Assembly: GCF_006345805.1 (NCBI RefSeq)
Contig: NC_043010.1
Coordinates: 41,354,001-41,418,000, forward strand
Direction: 5' to 3'
Length of the DNA: 64,000 bases
DNA from: Octopus sinensis
Taxonomy: Eukaryota
In this document: positions 22,979-35,290 of the stretch, piece by piece
Position numbering within the stretch: position 1 is the stretch's first letter
Layout: each line of letters starts with the position of its first letter
Notes under the pieces: generated by a model
Told to the model about the DNA's origin: nothing
Databases searched by the model: none
Seen by the model: only the letters and a program-made list of their open reading frames with translations
Translations under genes and position numbers: made by a program

Positions 22979-23160
22979 CCAATAAGGACTGAACACGAAA
23001 AGTGGAACAGTCAGCATGCTAGATATAGACGTCAAATCGCCATTCTCACAAAAGCTGAGTTGAGTTTGATTTGAGAACATAATCTTTGTGGAGAATGGCG
23101 ATTTGACGTCTATATTCTAGCATGCTGACTGTCCACTTTTCGTGTTCAGTCCTTAATTGG
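22979..23160. mobile_element. 182-bp fold-back MITE embedded in (TA)n
   Basis: Arms 22979-23054 and 23084-23160 are near-perfect reverse complements, with TA runs on both sides. Confidence 0.85.
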
Positions 23161-23170
23161 TATATATATA

Positions 23171-23222
<52 letters not shown>

Positions 23223-23229
23223 TAATATA

Positions 23230-23342
<113 letters not shown>

Positions 23343-23835
23343 GGTCCCGGGTTGATTCGGGGTTAACCACAGTAAATAAGGTACTCAATACATAGCAGAG
23401 TAAAATTAATTTATTATATAGAAGGAGCTCTACAGGACTAGAACTGTTTCATTCAAGAGAAATCTTCAGGAGGCTAGTTAACAAGACTTGTATTGGCATT
23501 TATACAATTAGGCAGGTTAAAGGGGGGGTGGTGGGGGGAACTTTTTGGGGGTAGACAAGCGCAAAAAATCATACTTGGGGGAGTGGTCAAGGAGTCAGTG
23601 GTAAATTAGATAGAAGAATAAATAAAAGAATAAAAAAAGGAGAATAAAAAAATATATATAGAAGAATAGAGTTTTAGGTTAAATAAGGAAAATCTCACTT
23701 ATACCTATACACCATATGTTACATATATACACACACACACACATATACATACTCACATACATACACACACACCCATATATATATATATTATATATATCTA
23801 TATATACACACACATACACATACATACATATATCT

Positions 23836-23880
<45 letters not shown>

Positions 23881-24180
23881 AACACATATACATGCATATA
23901 CATATACACACACACATGTATATATACACACACACACACGACCACACATACACATATACACAAAAAAAATATATTCTTCTATCTAATTTACCACTGACTC
24001 CTTGACCACTCCCCCAAGTATGATTTTTTTGCGCTATGCCTACCCCCAAAAAGTCCCCCACCACCACCCCTTTAAACCTGCCTAAATGTATAAATGCCAA
24101 TACAATTCTTGTTAACTAGCCTCCTGAAGATTTCTCTTGAATGAAACAGTTTAGTCCTGTAGAAGCTCCTTCTATATATA
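23343..24180. mobile_element. Head-to-head inverted pair of PLE pLTR-like segments, each with a hammerhead-like motif
   Basis: About 23410-23625 is the reverse complement of about 23965-24180. The motif CTC-CTGAAGA-TTTCTCTTGAAT-GAAACAG..CTGTA-GA occurs at 23428-23472 (-) and 24121-24164 (+). Confidence 0.7.
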
Positions 24181-24181
24181 A

Positions 24182-24249
<68 letters not shown>

Positions 24250-24692
24250 TAAAAACGGTAAGATAACAAAAGAAAGAAGAAAGAGACCTCAATATTATGT
24301 AAATAGAGGAAATTTATCTGTAAAATAAAAAATATATATGATGAGAGGTATCGTAAATTCAAAATTCAAAAGAATTGAGACCTGCTTGACTTTTGGTCAC
24401 CCAAAGGATTGTCAGAAAAGAAAAATCGGTTGATAACCAGAGAAGGGGAGAGAGAGAGAGGGAGAGAAGGTGAATGGAAAGCAGGGAAGCAGACAGTGAG
24501 AGAGAAAGAGAGAGAAGTGGTGAGAGAGAGAAAGAGAGAGTAACAAATTGACAATTAAGTAACAAAGATGTATGGAGAACAAGTTGATGATGCAAGAAGA
24601 TGATATATGAGAAGATTGGAAGTCAAAGAGATTCTCGCTTGATCCTCCCCCATCATTTTATGCAGGAAGTGACTTATTACTATCAAGAGACC

Positions 24693-24694
<2 letters not shown>

Positions 24695-24727
<33 letters not shown>

Positions 24728-25420
24728 TGTATGTATGTATGTATGTATGTATGTATGTACTGTATGTATGTATGTATGTATGTAGTACGTATGTATGTAT
24801 GTAATGTATGTATGTATGTATGTATGTATGTATGTACGTGTATGTATGTATGTATGACGTATGTATGTATGTATGTATGTATGTATGTATGTATGGTATG
24901 TATGTATGTATGTACGTATGTATGTATGTTATGTATGTATGTATGTATGTACGTATGTATGTATGTATGTATGTATGTATGTATGTATGTATGTATGTAC
25001 GTAGTATGTATGTTATGTATGTATGTTATGTAGTATGTATGTATGTATGTATGTACGTATGTATGTATGTATGTATGTATGTATGTATGTATGTATGTAT
25101 GTATGTATGTATGTATGTATGTATGTATGTATGTATGTATGTATGTACGTATGTATGTATGTATGTATGTACGTATGTATGTATGTATATATCTATGCAT
25201 GTATGTATGCGTGTGTACATATATATACTACTATGTGTGTGTATACAAACACACATACATGCATACATACATACATACATTCATACATACATACATACAT
25301 ACATACATACATACATACACACACGCATACATACATACATACATACATACATACATACATACATACATACATACATACATACATACATACATGCATACAT
25401 GTATGCATACATGTATACAA
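24695..25420. repeat. (TATG)n array followed by the complementary (CATA)n array
   Basis: Direct reading. The switch is near 25200-25250. Confidence 0.95.
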
Positions 25421-26149
25421 AAATACCTATATTTGTATTTCGACACAGCATCTCGCTGTGGGTGCAACTATTCGCATTTTTAGAGACATAGAAACACACA
25501 CACACACACACACACATGCCTTCATAGCCACCCTCATTCTACCCTGCATAAAACTAGGTTACCAGACACAGCCGAGTAGCGAGCCGGAATACAGAGCATT
25601 CTCTTCGCTGATGTAATATTAGCAGCAGCAGTAGCTGTAATGGTAAGGTCGTGGGGGTTGTAGTGGTAGTAGCGATAGTGGTGTAGTTTAGTGCGAAGAT
25701 TACGGCGGAATTCTTGATTACGGAGTGTGTGGGTGCGTTGTTGGATGTGGGCCCGCGAGCTGTGACTAACAGTAGCAGTAGTGGCTGCTGCAGTAGCAAC
25801 AGCAATTGTAGTACTTGTAGTAGCAGTAGTGGTGGCAACAATGTAGGCTTGCAGTGGCAGCAATTTTGAGCCCTAGGCCAGCCAAGCCCGGGCAGCCCCT
25901 TAATTTTAGAAGTATCGTGTTTAAGTGTGTGGGACATGATTTGAAGGAGATTTGGCTGCTATCTCAGGTGACTATATAGAGGCCATGGAAGTTAAATTAT
26001 TTGAAAAAGAAATAATTACAATATTAGTCATTAAATTAATGTCTTTTCCTCACCACATGTGTTTTTTTCTAATTATTTAATATTCATTATGTTGACACTT
26101 GGCGGCTAAACTGAAATTTACGTCCAGCAGTAAGGAAATTGCACTTATA

Positions 26150-27452
26150 GTGCTGAGAACTTCATGACTACCATTTTATATCGACACTTATGCCCCTTTC
26201 ATATCACTCTTCAGGATAGAGAGTACTCGCGGCGAAGTGAGAAAAATATTGGCTTCAAAGCTGAATGCCAGAAACATAATTTCGGCAATAAACTCGCGCA
26301 CCGTCGCAGTAGTTCATTTATGGCGCTGGAATCCTGAAGTGGACAGAGGAGGAGCTAAAGGAGATAGACAGGAAGTCAATAAAGATCCTAACGATGTATA
26401 GAGCCCTTCATCCACGTGAAGACACTGATTGCCTATAGATGAAGAGAGCAAATGGAGGAAGGGGACTTATAAGTGTGGAAGACCGCGTGCATATTGAACT
26501 CGAGTGCTTAATGAGTTACCTAGCTCAAAGTAAGGAAACCTTGCTAGTGACAAAAAAAAGGGAAAAACAAAGGAAGAAGTACAAAAACGACATGAAGAAG
26601 AATTACGCAAGATGGGACTACATAATCAATTCCATGTAGCCACAAAAGAAGTTGCTGGAAAAATAGGTGGGATTGGCTGATGAAAGGAACCCTAAAAAAA
26701 GAGACTGAAAGCACTATATTGGCAGCGCAGGACCAAGCTCTGGCCACGAACTGGAGGGCCAATCTGAGGAATGAGCAAGTGTTTTCGCTGTGCCCCATCT
26801 GCAATACAGGGGATGAAACCATTGCCCACATCACGAACGAATGCCCTAGTCTTGTCCAAAACCACCACAGATTGTGGCGACACGACCAGGTAGCGAAAGT
26901 GCTACATTGGAAACTGTACGAAAAGAGGGGGTCAGAGTGGCAAGACGTGGTATGAACACAAACCACAGACTAGCAAAATTCTCTGGGATTTCTCAATCCA
27001 AAATGATCAAGTGTTAGAGCATAACAGGCTGGTCCTAGTGGTTGATAGACAAAGTGTACGGCATGTGCTATATAGTTGATGTTGCAATCCCATTTGACCC
27101 ACGAATAGTCAAGAAGGAAAGCGAAACGATAGATAAATACAACCCTCTTAAGTACGGAATAGCCCGACTATGGAAAATGAAGAAGATGAAGATGGTGCCA
27201 ATTGTTAGGTCTTTGGGAATAGTATCAGAAGGCATCAAAGAGAATGTAAAGGAAATTGGAATAGAATGCCCAGTAGAGCTGTTACAAAAGGTTTGCTTCC
27301 TTGGCACGGCCAGAATAATTAGGAAAGTATTAGATAGCTGAAAAAAACAATAGATACCGTAGGCTGTAGCTAGTAAGACCGCAACGCATGCAAGACTTCA
27401 GGTGTCACAACAAAACCTGTAATAAAGAGAAAATAATGATAATAATAATAAT
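26150..27452 (+). mobile_element. R4/Dong-like LINE 3' fragment ending in (TAA)n
   Basis: KLNARNIISAINSR, KGTLKKETESTILAAQDQAL, CPIC..GDETIAHITNEC, CYIVDVAIPFD, GTARIIRKVLDS*. Confidence 0.88.
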
Positions 27453-28195
27453 AAAGATCAGCTATTGATCAATAAAGCCATAACTGAAGACAGCAATAGG
27501 AAAAAGAAGGGTTTAAAGATTGCTTGGTTTAATTACCGAAATACTTTTCATAGTATTTACCATACATAGATCCTACAAAACACTAGCCATGCACAAGGTA
27601 GCACCAATAATCATAAAATATATAAAATATTTCATGAATAAGTAGCAAATAATGCTACAGCTCCAGACAAAAGAGGGACTCATAAAAACCAAAGGAATAT
27701 TCTAAGGAGACACGCTCTCTCCACTCCTTTTCTGCTTGGCACTCACACTTTTATCTGACATGCTAAACAGAACTGGATGTGGATACAACTATTACGGCAA
27801 AACAATCGGCCACCTCTTATATATGGATGACCTAAAACTGTACGCTATAAATGATAAACAACTAGAAACATTACTACAGACAGTTCGTGTATTTACCAAA
27901 GAAATAAACATGAAATTTGGCTTGGAATAATATTTCAAAGCAACATTGAAAAGAGGAAAACTATTTAAGAGTAGCAACATCATTCTAGATAAAGCAAATG
28001 AAATAAGAAAATTAGACCAAAGCCAGTCATACAAATACTTAGGAATCAATGTACTAGATACGATACAACACACAAATGAAAGAGAAAATAAAAAAAGAAT
28101 ACTATAGACGAGTTAGAGTAATACTGAAAACAGAGCTCAATGCAAAAAACAAGATAATATGTATTAACACGGTAGCTGTCCATAATAATAATAAT
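27453..28195 (+). mobile_element. R4/Dong-like LINE RT fragment, cut at a (TAA)n run
   Basis: DQLLINKAITED, HLLYMDDLKLYA, MKFGLE, YKYLGI, KEYYRRVRVILKTELN. Confidence 0.85.
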
Positions 28196-28409
28196 ATTTT
28201 ACTCAACTATTTTTTATTTTTCCTTTTTCCCCTGTCTTCCCCTTTTCTCTATCAGACGACTCTGTAAATTAACAATCTGGTGTGCTTGTTTTAATGGTCT
28301 ATGAATGTATACAGGACGTTTCTCAGCCCTAGCTGTCAGGAAGACACTCGGCAAGGAATGAAAACAGGATTGAAAGAAGATGCTAATGAAAATGATAATA
28401 ATAATAATG

Positions 28410-29952
28410 ACAACAACAACAGCAAGCGAAATTAAACGGACGGAATAATATTGAAGCTACCAATACCTGGGCGGTTTTACTCCTTGGATATGGAGAAGGG
28501 GTGATCACATGATTCTGAGGAAAGCAAAAGCTGGGTAAGTATTCAAAAGCTGCCAACAAAAAGTAAACCATTTGTTATTCATGGATGACCTCGAACTTTA
28601 TGGTAAAGGTGAAGCCCAAGTCAGTTCCCTCGTTGATACGGTGTATACTCTCAGTGCTAATATCAGAATAGAGTTCGGACTGAGAAAGTGTGGTGTGTTA
28701 GTCTTGAAGAGAGGCAAAATCAAATGCATGGACGGGCTAACGGTACCGTCGGGGGAAGTTATGAAGCAGATAGAAGAGACGGGCTATAAGTGCTAGGGAA
28801 TTTTGGAAATGGATAAATTGATGGAGAAAGAGGTGAGAGAAAAATTTAAGGTGGAGTACTTGCGTAAACTGAGACTGATCCTTAAGCCGAAATTAAACAG
28901 ACGGAATAAGATCGAAGCTATCAACACCTGGGCGGTTTCGCTCCTTAGATATGGAGCAGGAGTAATCGCATGGACAGTAGACGAAATAAACAGCTTAGAC
29001 AGAAAGACAAGGAAGTTGCTAACTAGATATGGGACACTCCACCCAAAAAGTGACACAGACAAACTGTATATACCAAAAACAAAAGAGGGTAAGAGGACTT
29101 ATTGGATGCGAACACAGCATTAGAGCAGAAGAAAACAACATAGCATGGTATGTAAAAAATTCCACAGCATTCTGTAGGATGAATGATGGCAAAAATAAAG
29201 CACTGTACAAGCAATTGAAAACGAATGAAACTGAGAATAGGTGGGTAAAGAAAAGAATGCATGGACAATTTCATAGGGATGTTGAAGACAGAGAAAAAAG
29301 ATTGCTGTGGATGACTAAAAGTGATTTAAAACCGGAAACGGAGACTCTAATCTGTGCTGCATCAGAAAGTGATAAGTGCAGAATCTGTGGACAAAATGGT
29401 GAAACCGTGTGGTATATTACCAGTCAATGTAGGTCACTAACCAAGAAGGAATATAAGAGACGTCGCGACAATGCAGCAAGGCTTGTCTATTTGACACTTT
29501 GCAACAAGTATGGACTTGACAGAGCAAAAACTTGGTACGACTACAAACCCGAAGGCGTCATCGAAAATGATAATGCAAAGACCCTGTGGGATTTTATGAT
29601 TCAGTGCGACTATGAGATAGAGAATAAGAAGCCAGACATAGTCTTAATTGATAAAGAAAGCAAGCTATGCTGGATCATAAATATAGCATGCCCAGCTGAC
29701 AACAAGGCATGCGATAAGGAAGAAAGAAAAGTCGATAGATACGGCAGGTTTGCTTGAGAGGTTAAGCAGTTGTTGAGAGGTACATGGAACAAATTGGGGC
29801 TGCAATAAGGGTGGAGTACTTATAGAAAACAGTACTGCTGAAACCGATCGAATACTCCAGATGGTGCTCGAAAAAGACGAGGTGTTACCTTAGTTCATTG
29901 GTAGCGAACAGCTGACACTGTAGTACACCTCCAGCGTTAGAAGCTGTGCAAA

Positions 29953-29955
<3 letters not shown>
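28410..29955 (+). mobile_element. R4/Dong-like LINE (RT end to RLE) ending in (TAA)n
   Basis: LLFMDDLELYG, NRRNKIEAINTWAVSLLRYGAG, CRICGQNGETV, KKPDIVLID..INIACPAD. The 3' UTR runs into the TAA array. Confidence 0.88.
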
Positions 29956-30013
<58 letters not shown>

Positions 30014-30025
30014 TTAATAATAAAA
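29956..30025. repeat. (TAA)n microsatellite
   Basis: Direct reading. Confidence 0.95.
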
Positions 30026-30470
30026 TAACATAGCATAAAATGTAAAAAATTCCACAGAACCACTATTATTGCAAGTAAGAACGATCAGTCTTGTGTAGGA
30101 TGGGAGATTACAAAAATAAAGCTCTGTACAAGCACTTGAGAATGAATGGAAGTGAAAATTGGTGGATAAAGAAAAGAATGTATGGACAATTTCTTAGGGA
30201 TGTTGAAGATAAGACAGACAGAGAAAAATGATGGCCATGGATTAGTAAAAGTGATTTAAAACCAGAAATGGACGCTCTAATCTGTGCTGTCCAAGAGCAA
30301 GCATTAAGAACCAATTACATCAAATACAGAACAGCAAGACATCAGAAAGTGCAGAGTTTGTGGATAAAATGAGGAAACCGTATGGTATATTACCAGTCAG
30401 TGTACGCCACTAGCTCAGAAGGAATATAAGAGACATGACAATATGGCAAGTATTGTCCATTGGGCACTAA
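30026..30470 (+). mobile_element. Further R4/Dong-like fragment, paralogous to about 29135-29500
   Basis: KSDLKPEMDALICAVQEQALRTNYIK. Nucleotide similarity to the preceding copy. Confidence 0.8.
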
Positions 30471-31055
30471 GGTTGGACATGTAGAGATTCCCATTTGGTG
30501 TACGCGGCAGAATGCACGGAACACAATTAAACAAAAGGTTTAATGGGAACATATTCGACCTCAGGCACAATAGCAGTAGTTCGATGGAACATGCCGAACA
30601 TTTCGTTTCAAACGGCTGCAATTTTGAGAAAGACTTGAAAATGCATATTCTCAGAAAATATTCTGAATCTACTTCACTTTCACTTCTCAGAATGCATGAG
30701 GAGAAATTCGTTTGCGGGTTATTAATATCACGCCCTGGAGGAATGACAGATGACAGGAGAATATCATCAAATATATACACAACTTTTTGAGTAAATATTC
30801 TTCTTTTTCTTTTTTTCTGTCTTTCTTCTGTCTTCATTTTATCTGTCTTTTTTTTTTGTCATTTTTTTCTTTGCGCCTGTTATAAGATTGAAACTTAATG
30901 ACTGATGATGTCATTCCATCAACGTATGGATGCTGGTTGCTCTCGTTCATACTTTACATTTAAATTTCTGTAATTTTTAATTTTTATCACTTCTTATTTT
31001 GAAATTGACCAAGACAGACTTACTGTTGAAATATCGTTCAACCAATAAATTCTAA
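30470..31055 (+). mobile_element. Penelope-like GIY-YIG C-terminal fragment plus 3' region
   Basis: TQLNKRFNG..DLR...HAEHFVSNG...LKMHIL...EEKFV..L...PGGM resembles the PLE endonuclease end (RF..H..DI..VA.HF...E..FI..L....G.N). Confidence 0.55.
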
Positions 31056-31059
31056 CTGA

Positions 31060-31225
31060 GCCCCATGTGCTGTTTATCTTGATATGAGATCACCATGTTG
31101 CGCACATATGGTTGTGATGCATGTGCCTGGTGTACCCTTATCAGACTGGTAGTCATGATGGGTATACTGGGCTTCGTATTTTTACCCCAGTGTCACTTTG
31201 ATGGCATGCACTGCTCTCACACTCA
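31060..31225 (-). mobile_element. Short interspersed repeat adjoining a (TAA/CAA)n tract
   Basis: The sequence GCAGTGCATGCCATCAAAGTGACACTGGG...GATCTCATATC looks like a common octopus repeat. I recognise it from memory only. Confidence 0.4.
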
Positions 31226-31289
31226 ATAATAATAACAACAACAATAATAACAACATGGATGTGCTACAGCGGAATAACATGGATGTGCT

Positions 31290-33700
31290 ACACCGGGCTT
31301 TTCATTCAAAAACAAATCTAATCTAATAACATTGGTGGAATGGGATAAAGAAACCTGTTGAAGATTTGAAGGTAACGGCCTGTTAACGAAAATAATCACA
31401 AAAACGAAATTTTACTGCCATACAAAGAACAGTTTCTCCTAAGCACGATATCTCAGTGAAAGATGAGCGAAACACACGTGAGAAATCAACATCCGAATGT
31501 TTACAAATTATAAAATTTAAATGGAAGAAACAGTAAGTACATAAATTGATTAATTACGCATACACTTGAATGTAAAAGACTACACATACACCCCAATGTT
31601 TACACAACTACATGAAATTTACAGGACATACATAAACGGATATGAAAATACGTATCATAAACGAAGCAAAAAAACAAAACAAAACAGGAACTCAAGCAAA
31701 TGGAAGTCTTTAGGAAAGGATAAAATTCCTAACTTCCTGTTGAATGCCTTCTCAGAGAGCCATGAACTACTAACTAAACCATACAACAATGTTTTGCAAC
31801 AACCTAGTATGATTCCCTCTTGGCTAGTTAATGGTGTAACATTTCTACTTCCAAAAAATGAAGAAACAAATGAACCAAAAACTTACAGGCCCATGACCTG
31901 CTTAATAACAAGGCATAACATCTGTGTTGACTGAATATACCTATAGTTTTAGGGTGTGGCTAACCACTAGAAGTTTAACACTTCTCATAGCTTGGGAGTA
32001 TTCTTTCGAAGAACCCTACGTTGAAAAGGACTTGGAGAACTGGATTAGGGCAGCCCACTTCGCCTTCGGTAGACTCAGCCAACGTGTATTCTTCAGTCAC
32101 GCACTGACCATCCGGACAAAGATCATGGTCTTCCGTGCTATTGTCCTTTCAACTCTTCTCTACGCTTATGAGACTTGGACGTTGTACCACCGTGACTTCA
32201 AGCGTCTTGAAAGCTTCCAGCAATTCAAGCCACGACATATTCTCAATATTCGATGGGCAGATCATATTACCAACAATGAGGTTCTTCGCTGCTCCTTAAT
32301 ACCAAGCGTCGAAGCCACCATTCTTCCCCATCGTCTCCGTTGGGTAGGTCACGTCCAGCGTATGGAGCCCTCTCGTCTCACGAGGATCATGCTCTACGGA
32401 GAACTTACAATCGGAATAAGACCCAGAGGAGGCTCGAAATTCCGTTTTAAAGACCATCTCAAAGGAAACCTAGCTCAAACTAACATCCAGCCATCCTCAT
32501 GGGAACAGATTGCCATGGAGGACTGCTATTCGCAATGGAGCCAGCTCCTTCGAGCAGAACAGACAACAGAATGAGGAAGTAAAATGCAGGAGAAGAAAGG
32601 AGCGTCTTCAACATCCTCGACCTGCACCGATCATCCTGTGCAAATTCTGCCCACGACTCTTTCACCACCGACTTGGATTCCAAAGTCACATTCGGCACAA
32701 ATATCTGCCGAGGAGACTGGATGGAGACTCACGAACCCAATGCTCCGATACGAGCTGGAGCCGACGTTAGTTTTTTTAATATAAGGTGGCATATTCCCTA
32801 AAGAACAAAAAGGATGTAAACGTGGGTCATATGATTGTAAAGATCAGCGACTCATCACTGGGATGATCTTGGAAGATTGTCACAAACGACACAGAAATTT
32901 GTCGATAGCCTGGATAGACTATATAAAAGCTTTTGATAGTCTACCACATAGCTGGATTAAGAAATGTCTGGGAATGTATAAAATCGCACCTATTCTGCGA
33001 AACTTCTTGTCTGTAAGTATGAGATTATCAGAACCACACTGACTTTGCACAGTGACAATGAATCTCTCAATGTTGGAGATGTAAGAATTTCATGTGGCAT
33101 TTTCCAGGGTGACTCTCTATCACTACTCCTCTTTTGTCTAACCTTAAAGCCTCTCTCAAAATTGCTCGATAATGTACAATATGGCTATAAAATGTTTGAT
33201 AAAAAATATAAATCATCTCATTTACATGGATGATTTAAAACTTTTAAAAAAATATGATCAACAAATACAGGGCTTACTAACAAATGTTAAACAGTTCAGT
33301 GATGACATCAAGATGCAAAAGCTACCATTATAAAAAAAAATCACAGAAACATCCAACGTTAATCTTGACCAGCAGAATATCATAAAGAAGTTACAGCCAG
33401 GGTAAAGCTACAAATACCTAGGAATATTTGAAGGGGATGGTATCAAACATTCAGTGATAAGAGAAAGGATCAGAAGAGAATGTTATCGAAGGGTAAGGGC
33501 AATACTCAAGACAGAACTGAATGCAAAAAACAGGATCGAAGCGATCAATACTTTAGCCATATCAGTCGTGACTTATAGTTTCAATATCATTAACTGGTCA
33601 ATCACTGAAATAATCTGAAAGTTTGGACTTGACAGAGCGAAAAATTGGTACGACCATAAACTTGAAGGTGTCATCGAAAATGATAATGCAAAGATCCTAT
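31290..33700 (+). mobile_element. R4/Dong-like LINE RT region, split by an RTE insertion
   Basis: SLGKDKIPNF...TFLLPK..TYRPMTCL (to about 31950) continues as [45 protein letters not shown] (from about 32775). Confidence 0.85.
31951..32774 (+). mobile_element. RTE (BovB-like) LINE 3' fragment with TAGTTTT duplication
   Basis: AFGRL..RVF....TKIMVFRAIVLSTLLYA.ETWT, LRWVGHVQRM, MLYGEL, and a terminal CKFC..HIRH finger. TAGTTTT is at 31944-31950 and 32768-32774. Confidence 0.88.
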
Positions 33701-33924
33701 GGGATTTTATGTGTGTGTGTCTCAAACACCCCATCAAACACACACACACACACTCTCTCTCTCTCTCACATACACACGCACGCACATCAAATCTTCCGAT
33801 CAAGGTCAAAAGATCAAAAGATCCCATTTTCCCCCAACCCCATATGTAAAGATATATATGTATACACATTATATATATATTTATATACACTCATATATAT
33901 ATAAACACAATATATCTGATTAAT

Positions 33925-34140
33925 AATATCTGTTATGATTGTGCGATGGTGGTAGGCGATAATATGTCACCGTTTTAAAAGACGGGAATATTTAAACTGT
34001 TGCTACTGTCACGCTCTCTCTGTATACATAGGGGTAGAAGTACAGTGAGAAAGGTGGTGGAGAAAGAGTGAAAGAGAGATGGCGAAGCTGTGAAACGTCG
34101 TTATAGAGAGAAAGTTATAGAGAAAGTGAAGACAGACGTA

Positions 34141-34176
<36 letters not shown>

Positions 34177-35135
34177 AGTGAAGGAAAGAGTGGTAGCGCT
34201 AGCGAATGCGGCGAGGGAAAGATAGTGGAAACTTCAAACGTCGTTATAGAGAGAATGTGAAGGGAGGGGAGGAAAGAGAGAGATGGAAGAAGAAAGGGTG
34301 ATAACCATTAGAGAGAAAAAACAAACACTTGTCAATTTTCACTCTCTTTGCCATAGCAACCACATCTTTATAGCTTGCAAATTTTAACCATCGCAGGTCG
34401 GATCATCACCACGCATTTAGTACCCTTGCCAATTTTCAGCTCGATCCTAGCACGTCTAGTGCCATTGAATCCTTACCAAAGCCAAAGTGTCAAGTTTTTT
34501 CCTCTTTTATATAGGTAGACAAGAAGAGAGACCACTTAGTGGATCCCTTATATGCTAAAAATAATATTAATTTCTACTCTTATCTTTTATCATGCTTTGC
34601 TACCTTTTATACTATCAGGTTTGGTGAAATTATTTTTAAAATTATTAATTGCTTTTTTTACTACTTTTTTAAAATTTCTTTATGTTCGATTCAATTAACA
34701 ACCAACTCACGCTCTCGTATGCACGCACATACACACACAAACACACACACATGCACACACGCATATACATACACTCACGCACACACGCACGCACGCATGC
34801 GCACACGCATGCACATGCACATATTATTTCGCAACAGATAAGTAATCTTGATATTTACGTACAGTCGTTATTTGTAAATGTAATCGTTGAAACCGCTGAG
34901 TTGTTCCCCTTACAACGTATCTATTTCTGAGTGCTGAAATATTTTTAAAAAATCACTATTTTTGCCATAGCAACCATATCTTTACAGCTTGCGAGTTTTA
35001 ACCATCTCTGGTCTCATTTTCACTACGCATTTAGTATCCCTGCCAATTTTCAGCTCGATCCTAGCCTCGATTTGGCGGCCATGAAACGTCAAATCAAAAC
35101 ATGCATACAATTTTCGTCCAAAGACTGTGATATAT
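33925..35135. mobile_element. Possible Helentron/HINE-like non-autonomous element
   Basis: An internal repeat of about 115 bp (TTTGCCATAGCAACCA...GCCAATTTTCAGCTCGATCCTAGC) at about 34345-34452 and 34960-35066, a purine-rich segment and a (CA)n-like tract. The family assignment is inference. Confidence 0.35.
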
Positions 35136-35139
35136 ATAT

Positions 35140-35290
35140 ATATATATATTCAGATTTTGCAAGGACTAGAGAGCCAGAGATGATGTGGTCAATTGTCTCA
35201 TTGTGCTGGTTGCACATTCTGTATTTGGTGTTAGGACCTGTTTTCATTACTTTGCTTTTTTAGTTGTTTGTGATCATGCATTGGTATTTA
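35140..35290 (-). mobile_element. R4/Dong-like CCHC fragment
   Basis: KYRMCNQHNETIDHIISG..VLAKSEYIY, paralogous to 6460-6560. Confidence 0.7.

Noticed and set aside
24658-25616. Long ORFs of YVCM/HTYI type (also 2219-2674, 47749-48628, 51603-52197 and others)
   Set aside because: They are translations of (TATG)n/(CATA)n/(TG)n microsatellites, which have stop-free frames.
31008-31045. CCAAGA-CAG..CTG-TTGAAATATCG and 14432-14460 CTGAAAA-AGCC..GAGAAATAT as hammerhead remnants
   Set aside because: The catalytic cores are mutated and the stems incomplete, so they cannot be distinguished from chance.
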